DNA of 64,000 nucleotides from Candidatus Methanomethylicia archaeon (GCA_029259155.1 JAPDJI010000014.1:30280-94279); one strand, 5' to 3'. Positions 8,687-19,331 are shown, counted from the stretch's first letter. Numbers and translations: made by a program. Notes: generated by a model from the letters alone, not told the origin.

Positions 8687-11011
8687 CTAGCTAGCAAGCC
8701 TTGCTGCTGCTATTGCTACTTGGCCTAAGGATATCCCTCCGTCGCCGCTTGGAGCTTTAATATGTCTATAGAACCTTAACCCTCTAGCTTCAACCATCTC
8801 CCTTATCTTCCTAGTTATGCGGTCGTTATAGGCGACGCCGCCGCTGAAACCGATAGCCTTAATCCCTTCTTTTTCAGCAGCCTCAATGGCCATTAGCGCC
8901 AATCCTTTAGCTAATGCTTCCTGTACCGCAGCCGCTACATCAGCTCTTCCAGCCCCCCTCCTATAAGCATCTAGAGCCTCGACCAGGATAAGCGGGGTGT
9001 CTAACCACATGCAGTTATCTCCACCACTTTTAACCCTCACCGGCAGGTCAAGGTAGCTTGGATCACCGCTGGAGGCTAGTGCTTCAAGCTTTATGGCAGG
9101 CTCACCTTCATAAGTCCTCTCCAGACAGGCCTTAAGCATAACCGAGGCTGCATCCAAAACCCTACCGGTGCTAGTCGTGTAGGGGTGGCTTTGCTTCTCG
9201 AGCTGTTTAGCTACGACCTCGACTTCAGCCTCACCGTGTCTAAAGCCTTCCAGGTACTCTGACATGACCACTTGGATGGCTTCGCCAATACCGAGTACCT
9301 GGCTCAACGCCGACATGAGCATCCTGGCCGGGTAACGAGCGCAAAGATCTCCTCCAGGCATTGGTAGCCTAGCTAGCCTTCCAACCCTCTTGAAGCCAAG
9401 GTAGCTGGCGACGAGTACTTCTCCTCCCCAAGCCTCTCCGTCAAGGCCATAGCCTATCCCGTCAGCCGCTATACATATGAAGGTTTCATCCAGCCCTAGG
9501 CCGTGTTCAGCCATGAGGCTGGCGGCGTGAGCATGGTGGTGCTGCACTTCCAACAGCTCGGCATCAAAGCGCTCTGCCAGCTCCTTAGCTAACCTCCTCG
9601 TCAAGAAGCGTGGGTGAAGGTCGCAGGCTACCACTTCGACCTTATCGATGCTCAGCAGCCTCTTTAAGGACTCTAGGCTTGAAGCTAGGTAATCGTAGGT
9701 TTCAAGCCTATCTACATCGCCTATATACTGAGTTGGATAGCAGTGGTCTCTCTTTAGTATCGCTCCGGTGACGTTTTCTTCAGCTCCTACAGCTATTGCT
9801 GAGCCTTTAGACGTAAAGCTTAGCTTAAAGGGCTCCATTACGTAGCCCCTGGACCTCCTAATGGGGTTAGGTTTACCGTCGACCAGCTTTACCACGGAGT
9901 CGTCGCAGCGGTTTACGATGCGGCGGTTATGTAGTAAGAGGTAGTCAACTATGCCTTGTAGCTGTTTAAAGGCAGCCTCGTTATCTATGGCCATGGGCTC
10001 ACCAGGCTCGTTGCCGCTCGTCATGATGACTGCAGGCTCGTTGAGGTGGCTTAGTAAGACATGATGTATGCCTGAGTAAGCTAACATCGCACCTACGCTA
10101 TCAAGCCCTGGAGCTATCAGCTCAGAGAGCCTAAATGGCTCAAGCTTCTTCAATAGTAGGATAGGCCTCCTAAATGAGGTTAGGAGTTCCTCCTCAAGCT
10201 TCGATACGTTAGCGTACGTCTTGACCTGCTCCAGCGTCCTAGACATGACAGCTAAGGGTCGCTGAGGTCTACGTTTACGTCTACGCAACTTAGCTACTAC
10301 CTCATCGTCCGTAGCTAGAGCAGCGACATGTACTCCACCTATTCCTTTAACGCCTACCACGTAGCCTTCCTTTATGAGGCGCGCAGCTTCCCTTAATGGA
10401 TCGTCGACCGCAATTTCCTCCTTATCAATGGAGTAGAGCTTCATCTGTGGGCCGCAGCGCCAGCAACATACAGGCTCAGCGTGATGTCTCCTATCTAGAG
10501 GATCATGGTACTCTCGAGCGCAGTCTTCACACATAGGAAAATCTACCATGGAGGTCCTGACGCGGTCGTATGGCAGGTCTAGTATAATGGTGAACCTCGG
10601 CCCGCAGTAACTGCAAACTATGAAGGGGTAGAGGTATCTTCTACCTCCAGGCGTGAAAAGTTCTTTCAAACATTCTTCACAAGTAGCTATGTCAGGCGGA
10701 GGGTTAGAGAAGCCTCCTGCAGCGGCTTCCTTATCGCTCTCCTCTATTTTAAACTCGGTTAGGCCTTTAGTTTCTTCCCACTTTACGTCTAGTCTCTCAT
10801 ATAGGGCTAAAGGAGGCTTCTCTTCCACGAGCTTCTTCAAGAAGTTCTCCAGCCTTCCCTCCTCGCCTTCTACTACTATCTCTACGCCTGCATCGCCAAG
10901 GTTCTTAACATAGCCTTTTAACCCATTTCTAACAGCTATGCGGTAGACGAATGGCCTAAATCCTACCCCCTGTACTACACCGCTGCAACGTATCACAGCT
11001 CTCCTCAACAA
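8687..11011 (-). CDS. hypF: Hydrogenase maturation carbamoyltransferase
   Basis: VQGVGFRPF acylphosphatase domain, Zn fingers, KGIGG, QHHHAH, DGGISLGQ. Confidence 0.97.
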   Translation of the reverse strand: MLRRAVIRCSGVVQGVGFRPFVYRIAVRNGLKGYVKNLGDAGVEIVVEGEEGRLENFLKKLVEEKPPLALYERLDVKWEETKGLTEFKIEESDKEAAAGGFSNPPPDIATCEECLKELFTPGGRRYLYPFIVCSYCGPRFTIILDLPYDRVRTSMVDFPMCEDCAREYHDPLDRRHHAEPVCCWRCGPQMKLYSIDKEEIAVDDPLREAARLIKEGYVVGVKGIGGVHVAALATDDEVVAKLRRRKRRPQRPLAVMSRTLEQVKTYANVSKLEEELLTSFRRPILLLKKLEPFRLSELIAPGLDSVGAMLAYSGIHHVLLSHLNEPAVIMTSGNEPGEPMAIDNEAAFKQLQGIVDYLLLHNRRIVNRCDDSVVKLVDGKPNPIRRSRGYVMEPFKLSFTSKGSAIAVGAEENVTGAILKRDHCYPTQYIGDVDRLETYDYLASSLESLKRLLSIDKVEVVACDLHPRFLTRRLAKELAERFDAELLEVQHHHAHAASLMAEHGLGLDETFICIAADGIGYGLDGEAWGGEVLVASYLGFKRVGRLARLPMPGGDLCARYPARMLMSALSQVLGIGEAIQVVMSEYLEGFRHGEAEVEVVAKQLEKQSHPYTTSTGRVLDAASVMLKACLERTYEGEPAIKLEALASSGDPSYLDLPVRVKSGGDNCMWLDTPLILVEALDAYRRGAGRADVAAAVQEALAKGLALMAIEAAEKEGIKAIGFSGGVAYNDRITRKIREMVEARGLRFYRHIKAPSGDGGISLGQVAIAAARLAS

Positions 11012-11157
11012 GTTTTACCATGCTCCTAATGTTTTAAGCCGGTTTAACATCAATCCTCCTGCATTATAGCTTTGCGTTGCTTTTCAAGGATCTTTGCCGT
11101 TGAAGCCTTTATTAAGCAGTAATCGTGCTTGCACCTAAAAACCTGGCGGATGAAAAA

Positions 11158-11796
11158 ATGAGCCTAGGGTTTCTCTTAAAGATCTCATTGATCAGTTGCT
11201 CGGGAGCTTTAGCTCCAGGACCCTTGACAGCAGCGACGGCGGCGCTAGGCGTTAAGAGAGGCTGGAGAGGTGGTTTTTGGGTTGGCATGGGTCACATGTT
11301 AGTGGAAGCTCCACTGGTATTGTTGGTTGGGCTAGGTTTAGTAGTAGCTCTTACATCAAGGATGGCAGTGGTTGGGCTTAGTCTAGCTGGCGGGTTTTTC
11401 ATGTTGGGATTTGCGGCTTTAACCTTTAGGGATGCCTTCAAGTTCAAGGGGCTGGAGGGTGGAGGTGAAGGTGGACGGTTTTCCTCGCCTATACTGGTGG
11501 GAGTAGGCTTGACAGCTTTGAACCCCTTCTTCATTATCTGGTGGGGCACCGTGGGGGCGCCCTTAATCCTCGAAGGACTTGGTTATTGGGGTCTGCCTGG
11601 TTTAATACCGCTTTACGCGGCTCACGTATGGTTGGACTATGCTTGGCTTAGCTTAGTGGCCCACTTAACCTCGCTGGGTGGCAGTAGGGCTAAGATATAT
11701 AGGGCTATGCTGATTGGCTTCTCCATCTTCTTGGTAGTGTTCGGCGTCGACTTCGTATACTACGCTTTGACGGAGACCTACCTTCTTCCGCTTTAA
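11158..11796 (+). CDS. LysE family transporter
   Basis: SGALAPGP, GH..VE, LNPFFIIWW; ATG 11158 preferred over GTG 11125. Confidence 0.85.
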   Translation: MSLGFLLKISLISCSGALAPGPLTAATAALGVKRGWRGGFWVGMGHMLVEAPLVLLVGLGLVVALTSRMAVVGLSLAGGFFMLGFAALTFRDAFKFKGLEGGGEGGRFSSPILVGVGLTALNPFFIIWWGTVGAPLILEGLGYWGLPGLIPLYAAHVWLDYAWLSLVAHLTSLGGSRAKIYRAMLIGFSIFLVVFGVDFVYYALTETYLLPL

Positions 11797-11853
11797 AGCA
11801 CGGTTGCAACGTTGTAGAGAATAAGTTTAAGGCAAGCCTCCAAGTCGAGGTTA

Positions 11854-12963
11854 TTGAAGGAAACGGTGTTTGATGTGAAGTTCAGTAAAGCCATCGAGAT
11901 TGGAGAGATCAAGGTCTGGCTGGTCTGGTTTGATAGCTTAGGTGCGAAGTCAAGCTGCATTTTAGTTGAGACCCCTGACGTGAAAGTTCTCGTGGACCCT
12001 GGCGTAGCTGAGATGCAGCCTAGTTACCCATTAAGCTGGGACGAGAAGCTACGTCTACGCGACGAAGCGTTCAACGCTATCTTAGAGGCTTCAAAGCAGG
12101 CAGACGTGATTACAGTGAGCCACTACCACTACGATCACCATACGTTGCCGTCGGAGGCGCCCGCGCTTTATGCTGGCAAGAAACTATTAATCAAGGACCC
12201 TAACACCTGGATTAACGGGTCACAGTGGGATAGAGCCAGGCTTTTCCTAGATGAACTACACCGCGTACTGGGTGGAGGAGGACTTGAGGAACTGCTCATA
12301 GAGCCCAGCAGCTTAGAAGTAAAGGATCCACTCAGCGAGCTACCGTTGGCTTCATCCAAGGATTATGGAGATTATGGTACTAGGAAACGGGAGCTTCTGC
12401 TGAAGGGTAAGAAGTGGTTTGAAGGTTTAGTGGAGGATTGGCGTAGTAAACCTTGGGTCAGGGAGTTTAAGCTGAGCGGTGTGGAGGTTTACTTCGCTGA
12501 TGGTAAAAGCTTTCATTATGGCTCTACAGAGCTTAAGTTCTCAAAACCGTTGTTCCACGGATTGGAGTATGATAAGCTTGGCTGGGTGCTTATGTTAACT
12601 GTGAAGCACCAAGGCGTTAAAGTGGTGCATTCTTCTGATCTTCAAGGCCCAGTAATAGAGGACTACGCCGAGATGATCATAGCTGAACGCCCGGACCTCG
12701 TGGTGCTTGATGGTCCACCTACCTACCTCTTTGGTTACACTTTAAACCGCATTAATTTGAAGAGGGCGGAGGAAAACGCTAAACGTATAGCTGAGGAGTC
12801 GGGGGCCAAGCTGATAATTTATGATCACCACCTCCTCCGGGACCGCCTTTATAAGCATAGGCTTGAAGGTCTTTACAGCTCGGTTTCGAGCAGTAAATTA
12901 ATGACCGCAGCTGAGTGGCTAGGGGAGCGGCCTCTAATATTGAAGGTGGCAGGCGAAGTCTAA
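11854..12963 (+). CDS. Metallo-beta-lactamase-fold hydrolase (UPF0282/COG2248-like)
   Basis: DSLGAKS, SHYHYDH, SSDLQGP, DGPPTY, DHHLLRD. Confidence 0.8.
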   Translation: MKETVFDVKFSKAIEIGEIKVWLVWFDSLGAKSSCILVETPDVKVLVDPGVAEMQPSYPLSWDEKLRLRDEAFNAILEASKQADVITVSHYHYDHHTLPSEAPALYAGKKLLIKDPNTWINGSQWDRARLFLDELHRVLGGGGLEELLIEPSSLEVKDPLSELPLASSKDYGDYGTRKRELLLKGKKWFEGLVEDWRSKPWVREFKLSGVEVYFADGKSFHYGSTELKFSKPLFHGLEYDKLGWVLMLTVKHQGVKVVHSSDLQGPVIEDYAEMIIAERPDLVVLDGPPTYLFGYTLNRINLKRAEENAKRIAEESGAKLIIYDHHLLRDRLYKHRLEGLYSSVSSSKLMTAAEWLGERPLILKVAGEV

Positions 12964-13024
12964 AACCTAATCTCTCTACACCAAGTTTTATTTAAGAGCG
13001 TGGAGCGTTAGGCTTGGTGGGACG

Positions 13025-15106
13025 ATACCTGTCGTAGAAAAGGTCAGGAAAAGAGATGGTAGATTAGAGGGCTTTAATATAGATAAGATAGCCTCTGCCA
13101 TAGCTAAGGCGTTCGCAGCTGTAGGTGAACCCGATGGAGAACGTGCGCGTCAATTAGCGCTGAAAGTAGTGAGCGTGGTAGAGGAGAGGTTTAAGGAGGC
13201 GGTGCCTAGCGTCGAGGACATCCAGGACATAGTTGAGGAGGAGCTAATTAAGGCTGGTTACGCGAAGGTGGCAAAGGCCTACATCCTTTATAGGCAGAAA
13301 AGAGCTGAGGTAAGAGGACTTAAGAGCATCTACGGCGTCAAGGATGACCTTAAGCTCTCCGTAAACGCGATAAGGGTGTTAGAACGCCGCTACCTCCTTA
13401 AGGACCGTGAAGGCAGAGTGATAGAGACCACGAGCCAGCTATTTTGGAGGGTGGCTAGGGCAATAGCAGCGGTCGATGAGTTTTACGGGGCTTCACGAGA
13501 CGAAGCGGCTAGGTCGGAGGTAGAGTTTTATCGAATGATGGCTGGACTAGAGTTTCTACCTAACTCTCCCACCTTAATGAACGCAGGGACAGATATAGGT
13601 CAACTCTCAGCTTGTTTTGTATTGCCTGTAGATGACTCGATTGAAGGTATCTTCGACGCCTTAAAGCTCATGGCTATAATCCATAAAAGTGGTGGTGGAA
13701 CTGGCTTCAGTTTCTCTAGGCTTAGGCCTAGGGGCGACGCAGTAGCCTCCACTATGGGTGTAGCCTCCGGCCCACTCTCTTTCATGAAGATTTTCGATGT
13801 AGCTACAGAAGTAATCAAGCAGGGAGGTAAACGTAGAGGAGCCAATATGGGTGTGCTCCGCGTAGACCACCCTGACATACTTGAGTTCGTAGATGCAAAA
13901 TCTACGCCGGAAGCCTTCAGCAACTTCAACCTCTCCGTGGCGGTTACCGACGAGTTTATGGAGGCAGTTAAGGAGAACAGGGACTATGCACTCGTCAACC
14001 CTAGGACGAGGGAGACCGTTAAGAGGCTTCCTGCTCGCGATGTCTTCGACTTAATCGTAGCTAATGCTTGGCGGACAGGCGACCCAGGCCTACTTTTCAT
14101 AGATGAGATCAATAGGCATAATCCTACCCCTAAACTAGGGACGATCGAGGCCACTAATCCCTGTGGAGAGGTACCTTTGCTGCCTTATGAATCCTGTAAT
14201 TTAGGGTCTATCAACCTCTCCAAGATGGTTAAGAGAGGCGAGGTAGATTGGGAAAAGCTTGAAAGGACCGTGGAGAAGGCGGTCCACTTCCTGGATAACG
14301 TAATAGACGCTAATCGTTACCCTGTCCCTGAGATCGAGCATATGACAAAGCTGAACCGTAAGATAGGCTTGGGTATAATGGGCTTCGCAGAGATGTTAAT
14401 CCAGATGGAGATACCTTATGACTCCGAGGAGGCTTTGAAGATAGCAGAGAAGGTGATGAGTTTTATCTCGGAAAGAGCAAGGGAAGAATCAGTGGAATTA
14501 GGGAGGCTTAGAGGCTCTTTCCCTAGCTTTGAAGAAAGTATCTGGTCTTCTAAATTTGATGCGCTGCGCAACGCCACAGTAACCTCCATAGCTCCAACCG
14601 GCACGATAAGCATCATCGCGAATACCACGAGCAGCATCGAGCCCATCTTCGCTCTAGCTTACGTTAGACAGGTTCTAGAGGGGGTTAGGCTCCTTGAAGT
14701 AAACCCGCTATTTGAAAAAGTGGCTAAAGAGAGGGGTTTCTATAGCCAAGAATTAATGTTGAAGGTGGCGAAGGCCGGGTCTGTCAGGGAGCTTTCCGAA
14801 GTACCCAGTGACGTTAGGGAACTCTTCGTGACGGCTTTAGAGGTAGAACCGGAGTGGCACGTCAAGGTACAAGCAACTTTTCAGAGGTACGTGGATAACG
14901 CGGTGGCTAAGACCATAAACCTTCGGCCTGAAGCCTCCATGGAGGAGGTTAGGAAAGCCTTCATGTTAGCTTATGAGCTCAAGTGTAAGGGTATAACCAT
15001 ATATAGATATGGTAGTAAACCCACTCAGGTCCTATACATCGGGCTAGGCCTAGAAGCTGAGGCGGAACCAACTTCAGGTTGTCCTTCCAGTGTATGTGCG
15101 CCGTGA
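13025..15106 (+). CDS. nrdJ: Class II (adenosylcobalamin) ribonucleotide reductase with N-terminal ATP cone; probable ATA start
   Basis: PNSPTLMNAG, QLSAC, GGGTG, NPCGE, APTGTIS; ATP-cone KVRKRDGRLEGFNIDKI lies in frame upstream of the tracked GTG 13169. Confidence 0.92.
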   Translation: MPVVEKVRKRDGRLEGFNIDKIASAIAKAFAAVGEPDGERARQLALKVVSVVEERFKEAVPSVEDIQDIVEEELIKAGYAKVAKAYILYRQKRAEVRGLKSIYGVKDDLKLSVNAIRVLERRYLLKDREGRVIETTSQLFWRVARAIAAVDEFYGASRDEAARSEVEFYRMMAGLEFLPNSPTLMNAGTDIGQLSACFVLPVDDSIEGIFDALKLMAIIHKSGGGTGFSFSRLRPRGDAVASTMGVASGPLSFMKIFDVATEVIKQGGKRRGANMGVLRVDHPDILEFVDAKSTPEAFSNFNLSVAVTDEFMEAVKENRDYALVNPRTRETVKRLPARDVFDLIVANAWRTGDPGLLFIDEINRHNPTPKLGTIEATNPCGEVPLLPYESCNLGSINLSKMVKRGEVDWEKLERTVEKAVHFLDNVIDANRYPVPEIEHMTKLNRKIGLGIMGFAEMLIQMEIPYDSEEALKIAEKVMSFISERAREESVELGRLRGSFPSFEESIWSSKFDALRNATVTSIAPTGTISIIANTTSSIEPIFALAYVRQVLEGVRLLEVNPLFEKVAKERGFYSQELMLKVAKAGSVRELSEVPSDVRELFVTALEVEPEWHVKVQATFQRYVDNAVAKTINLRPEASMEEVRKAFMLAYELKCKGITIYRYGSKPTQVLYIGLGLEAEAEPTSGCPSSVCAP

Positions 15107-15300
15107 ATCGCCTTTAAACCATGTTCATGTATATTTGCCCTATATGGGTGGTCGTTGGCTGGTGCCTATCTTAGCTCGAGAAGGTGATGTGGAGTGGAAA
15201 ATATAAATAACACATTTCTAAAAAAACTCACACTGAGGTGCCTGTGGATGCAGACCGCTAACCCCCTCCTTTCACCTCCTTTTCTGGGTTAAGTTTCGTT

Positions 15301-15711
15301 ATGGAGGAATGGAGCTTGAGACGTTTGTCGTTGGATGAGGCGGCTGTCTTTCATGGCCACCTAGGGCCATTCTTAGCGTTAGGGTATCGAGCAGGAGAGA
15401 TTGTTGTTGAGATCCTGAAGCCTAGCTCCTTCAACGAATTGAAGGCGGTGGTACGTTGTCCCCTCAAGACGCCTTATTCCTGCTTCATCGACGGCGTCCA
15501 ATGCTCCACCTGTTGTACTGTGGGAAAGAGGACTCTGGAGATTGTTGAAGGAGATGGTATAACCTTAGAAGTAGAGGGACCTAGAGGAGGTAGGTTGAGG
15601 TTGAAGGTACGGGAAGAGGCCTTCTCCAAGATAAGGTCTACCAATAAGCTTGAAGAAGCTGCGAGATGGGTCTTAGACGCACCGTTAGAGGCTCTCTTCG
15701 AAATATTGTGA
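15301..15711 (+). CDS. FmdE-family protein
   Basis: FHGHLGP, SCFIDG, CTVGK motifs. Confidence 0.85.
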   Translation: MEEWSLRRLSLDEAAVFHGHLGPFLALGYRAGEIVVEILKPSSFNELKAVVRCPLKTPYSCFIDGVQCSTCCTVGKRTLEIVEGDGITLEVEGPRGGRLRLKVREEAFSKIRSTNKLEEAARWVLDAPLEALFEIL

Positions 15712-15968
15712 GGGGGATACGCCAACTTTATTGACACGTACGGTAAGGTGAGGCCATATATTGGGCCAACCTTGGTTAAGATGCATTAAAACCACCTTAG
15801 TTAAGGATCAGACCACGCATGGTTGAACCGTAATGTTGAAGCAAGTTGCTGGGATAAGAAGTAATAAGAGGGAGGTATACGAGATTAAAGGTAGGGGAGC
15901 ATAACAATCGGTCAATTTTGGCCATGTTTTCTCATGAAAATAGAGCTCATGTCGAGCATCTTCCCTAG

Positions 15969-16571
15969 GTGGTTAAGTTGACGCTGAAGGATGAAGTGGA
16001 AGATAGGTTTAGGAAGCTTTCAGCTATAGCCTTAGGGTTAGACCTCCGTGAACTTGAAGAGGCCTCTGCCATGTTTATTGGAGGGAAAAGGAGGCTGCCC
16101 GTGAAGCCGAACCTTGTAGTGGACTACCTTGACCTTTTTGAAGCTTCGCTTATAGCTTCTTCACTGAAGAAGAAGGGGTTAAAGCTGGATGAAGCCTTTA
16201 CACTTATCCCTGAAGGGGAAGGAAGTAGGTTCATCTTGGTGGCGAAGGCTTGTAGGGAGGTGGAGGAGGCGGTAAGTAAGTTAGATAAGGTAAGGGAGCT
16301 TGGCTATGCAAAGCCTATTGCCTTGAGGATCTTGAAGGAGTGGAGGGCACGATCAGGTAGACGTGAAGGGGATGTGGATGAGGCGCTACACTTAGCCATG
16401 GAGGTAATGAAGGCTAAGGAGGAAGCGTTGTCAAAGAGGTGTCCTAGGTGTGGCGGTGCTGTAGCAAGGGTAGTGGAGAGAGCGAGAGGTGAGGTGTTCG
16501 TGGTTACTATTGAGAGGACTTGCTGTGGTTATGTAGAGCGCCTTAAGGTACCCATTAAGCAGCCGCGGTAG
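15969..16571 (+). CDS. Hypothetical protein with C-terminal Zn-ribbon
   Basis: 200-aa ORF with host-like composition, CPRCGG...TCCG. Confidence 0.6.
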   Translation: MVKLTLKDEVEDRFRKLSAIALGLDLRELEEASAMFIGGKRRLPVKPNLVVDYLDLFEASLIASSLKKKGLKLDEAFTLIPEGEGSRFILVAKACREVEEAVSKLDKVRELGYAKPIALRILKEWRARSGRREGDVDEALHLAMEVMKAKEEALSKRCPRCGGAVARVVERARGEVFVVTIERTCCGYVERLKVPIKQPR

Positions 16572-16636
16572 TCAGGATTAAGGCGAGGTAGATTTATTTA
16601 AGAGGCTACGCTTCACCTCGTCACGAAGGTGGCTCT

Positions 16637-17404
16637 ATGACCCGCATGGTGATCTCAGTATCGGGTAAAGGTGGAGCAGGTAAGAGTACGGTGGCAGCGC
16701 TCTTATTGAAGCTTCTCGACGAGAAAGGTGGTAGGACTGTGTTGGCGGTGGATGCGGATCCAGCTTCTAACTTGGCTGACATGCTGGGCTTTCAGGTGGA
16801 GAAGACTGTAGCTAAAGTGGCTGAGGAGTTACGTAGAGACATAGAAAGAGGAGCTATTCCTCCTGGAGTTAGCAAAAAGGATATATTGGAGTTTAAGGTG
16901 TACTCTGCCCTCAAAGAGGCGAAGAACTTCGACTTACTGGTCATGGGTAGAGGCGAGGGTGAAGGCTGTTACTGTTACGTTAACTCGGTGCTCACAGGGA
17001 TCTTGGATACCCTTACCAAAAATTACGACGTTACCTTGATGGATATGGAGGCTGGGCTAGAACATGTCAGCAGGAGGACGGATAGAGATGTGGATTACAT
17101 GTTAATAGTAGTAGACCCGAGCAAGATGAGCTTTGAGACGGCGAAGAGGATTAAGGAGGTAGCCGAGGAAGTTCATGTAGAGTTTAAACATATGGGGCTC
17201 GTAGGTAACAGGTTCAGCTTGGAGGATGAAGATTACCTCAGGAAAAGAGCTGAGAGCCTAGGGATGGAGTATGGAGGGCTAATACCTGAGGACATAAATG
17301 TTCATAGATTTAACCTCGAGGGAAGGCCTCTGCTAGAACTACCTGACGATAGCCCAGCGGTTATAGCGGCCAAGAAGCTCTTGGAGTACATGGGTCTTCT
17401 ATGA
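16637..17404 (+). CDS. cooC: CODH/ACS nickel-insertion ATPase (CooC/AcsF family)
   Basis: SGKGGAGKS, DADP, EGCYC, DMEAGLEH. Confidence 0.9.
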   Translation: MTRMVISVSGKGGAGKSTVAALLLKLLDEKGGRTVLAVDADPASNLADMLGFQVEKTVAKVAEELRRDIERGAIPPGVSKKDILEFKVYSALKEAKNFDLLVMGRGEGEGCYCYVNSVLTGILDTLTKNYDVTLMDMEAGLEHVSRRTDRDVDYMLIVVDPSKMSFETAKRIKEVAEEVHVEFKHMGLVGNRFSLEDEDYLRKRAESLGMEYGGLIPEDINVHRFNLEGRPLLELPDDSPAVIAAKKLLEYMGLL

Positions 17405-17413
17405 GCCCCTCCT

Positions 17414-17767
17414 TCACTCTTCAACCTCTTCGAGAAGCTTAAGTACCGCTTCGTAAGCCTCTCTTGCCCTCTTAAGCTCTTGCTCTGCAGCTTCTGCGTT
17501 GACTTCGCCTTCAAAGAAGGCTTCTTTAGCCTGCCTCCTAATCCAGTCCTCGAGAAGCTTAGCTCTCTCAGCTAGACCAAGGCTGAACCAAGAAGTGCCT
17601 ATGAGTTTGGAAGAAGCTTTAAAGCATAGTTCAAGGCAGGCCTCAGAGGAGTTAATGGACAAAGCATATAGCCCCTTACGGTGGGCCTCTTCAGCCTCCT
17701 TAAGTATAGCCTCAGCCTGTTTAAGCTCTTTTTTGACGGCCTCCACTATGTCCATGGAAAAAGACAC
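17414..17767 (-). CDS. HEPN-domain-like protein
   Basis: AE..LKEA...GLY....SEACLELCFKA helical pattern; no Rx4-6H motif. Confidence 0.6.
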   Translation of the reverse strand: MSFSMDIVEAVKKELKQAEAILKEAEEAHRKGLYALSINSSEACLELCFKASSKLIGTSWFSLGLAERAKLLEDWIRRQAKEAFFEGEVNAEAAEQELKRAREAYEAVLKLLEEVEE

Positions 17768-17801
17768 CTAAAACTTAAACGGAGTTGCCTGCACCTATAA
17801 A

Positions 17802-19268
17802 TTGACTAGTGAATTGAGGGTCCTTTTGTTTAACCCTCCTCCTCCCAAGGGAGGTTACTCCGAAGAGCTTCAAGCTCCTCACGTGGGTTTAGCTTACCTA
17901 GCTGCGGTATTGGAGGAGCACGGACACAAGGTATGGGTGGTAGATAGCCACCCGCTAGGCTTAGAAGGCTTGAACATACTTCCGTTGCTAGTCAGGAAGC
18001 TTAAGCCTAACTTGGTGGGAATTACTTCTACGACGCTGACCATAAATCAAGCCTTAAAGGCTGCTAGCTTGGTCAAGGGAGTGGATCCTGATATATTAGT
18101 GGTTATGGGCGGGCCTCACGTTACCTTCCTTGACCTTGAAACCTTAGCATCCTCCAATGCAGTGGACGCAGTAGTTAGAGGAGAAGGGGAAGAGACGTTA
18201 ATCGACCTCGTGGAGAAGGTGGAGGCTGAAGGGAATTTTGAGGGGGTTGAAGGTCTCACCTACAGAGACGAAGAGGGTAAAATCAAGAGGGAGGGTGATA
18301 GGCCACTTATTGAAGACCTCGACAGCTTACCTTTTCCCTCATATAGACATTTACCGCTTAGTGCTTACAGGTCCTTTGGGCTTAAGCCGCCTTCCCTGCC
18401 CATAGTCACCAGCCGAGGCTGTCCTTTCAGGTGCAGTTTCTGTGTTTCTTGGAAGATATATAGAGGTAGGTGGAGGCAGCGGAGTGCTAAAAACGTGGTT
18501 GATGAGCTAGAGCACCACGTTGAGGAGTATAGGGTAACCGATTTCTCCTTTGTCGATGACATATTTACCTTGAACCGTAAGAGGGTGAAGGAGATCTGTA
18601 AGGAGATCCGTGAGCGAGGATTAGAGATCACATGGGGGTGTAGTGCAAGAGTGGACACTGTGGATGAAGAGCTGTTAAAGACCATGAAGAGGGCAGGCTG
18701 CCACACTGTCTACTTCGGCGTGGAGGCCAGATCTCAACGCACCTTAAATGCCATGAGGAAGGGCTTTGTTCCTGAAAAGGTTGAAGAAGTGTTTAAGTTA
18801 TGTAGGAAGTTGGGGATAAACACCGTAGCCTCGGCCATCCTTTTCTGGCCTACAGAAACTAGAAAGGAGGTGAAAGAAACCATTAGGTTCGTTAAGAGCC
18901 TAGAAGCTGACATAGCTCAGTTCTGCATAGCTACACCTTTCCCAGGAACGGACCTATACCAAGAGATGGAACAGGTTGGTTTAATAAAAGAGAAGGACTG
19001 GTCTAAGTATGATATCGTAACACCCGTCTTTGAAACTTCTCAGTTTAATAGTAAATACATGGTTAGGCTTTGGAAAAAGGCTTACTTGACTTTTTATCTT
19101 AGACCTAGCTATGTGGCTAAGCAACTAGCAAAGCGTAGCTTACCTTTATTTAAAGCCATGCTTCACATGGTTAAAAGAGCCTTATATTATAGGCTTAAGC
19201 TACCTTGTCCTGAAGCTAGTTTAAGGATGATGGTAGCTGAACTCTCTCTCAAGGAAGTATTGCCATAG
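17802..19268 (+). CDS. Cobalamin-binding radical SAM protein
   Basis: PHVGLAYLAAVL, GGPH, RGEGE, TSRGCPFRCSFC, TPFPGT. Confidence 0.9.
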   Translation: MTSELRVLLFNPPPPKGGYSEELQAPHVGLAYLAAVLEEHGHKVWVVDSHPLGLEGLNILPLLVRKLKPNLVGITSTTLTINQALKAASLVKGVDPDILVVMGGPHVTFLDLETLASSNAVDAVVRGEGEETLIDLVEKVEAEGNFEGVEGLTYRDEEGKIKREGDRPLIEDLDSLPFPSYRHLPLSAYRSFGLKPPSLPIVTSRGCPFRCSFCVSWKIYRGRWRQRSAKNVVDELEHHVEEYRVTDFSFVDDIFTLNRKRVKEICKEIRERGLEITWGCSARVDTVDEELLKTMKRAGCHTVYFGVEARSQRTLNAMRKGFVPEKVEEVFKLCRKLGINTVASAILFWPTETRKEVKETIRFVKSLEADIAQFCIATPFPGTDLYQEMEQVGLIKEKDWSKYDIVTPVFETSQFNSKYMVRLWKKAYLTFYLRPSYVAKQLAKRSLPLFKAMLHMVKRALYYRLKLPCPEASLRMMVAELSLKEVLP

Positions 19269-19310
19269 CCTCAACCACTCGAGAGTTTTACCCATGACTG
19301 AAGGAGCTTC
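19166..19310 (+). repeat. 145-bp direct repeat, copy 1
   Basis: CATGGTTAAAAGAGCC...GACTGAAGGAGCTTC, identical by eye to 26335-26479 (offset 7169). Confidence 0.97.
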
Positions 19311-19331
19311 TTGGTCACGGATGGGAGGATG

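Noticed and set aside
7723-8694. 323-aa + strand ORF, and similar long antisense ORFs at 56978-57547, 61254-61775, 63284-63841 and 6326-6793
   Set aside because: Antisense shadows of well-supported genes (hypE, apbC, cdhE, cdhC, MFS); Ser/Pro/Thr-rich with no motifs
13025-15106. Intein in the ribonucleotide reductase
   Set aside because: Length is normal and the motifs are contiguous; no intein junction or endonuclease motifs
15107-15968. Longer intergenic gaps around the FmdE gene as RNA genes or small ORFs
   Set aside because: No tRNA cloverleaf, complete C/D box set or convincing ORF found by eye
17414-17767. HEPN protein as a toxin-antitoxin or defence system
   Set aside because: No Rx4-6H catalytic motif and no adjacent nucleotidyltransferase
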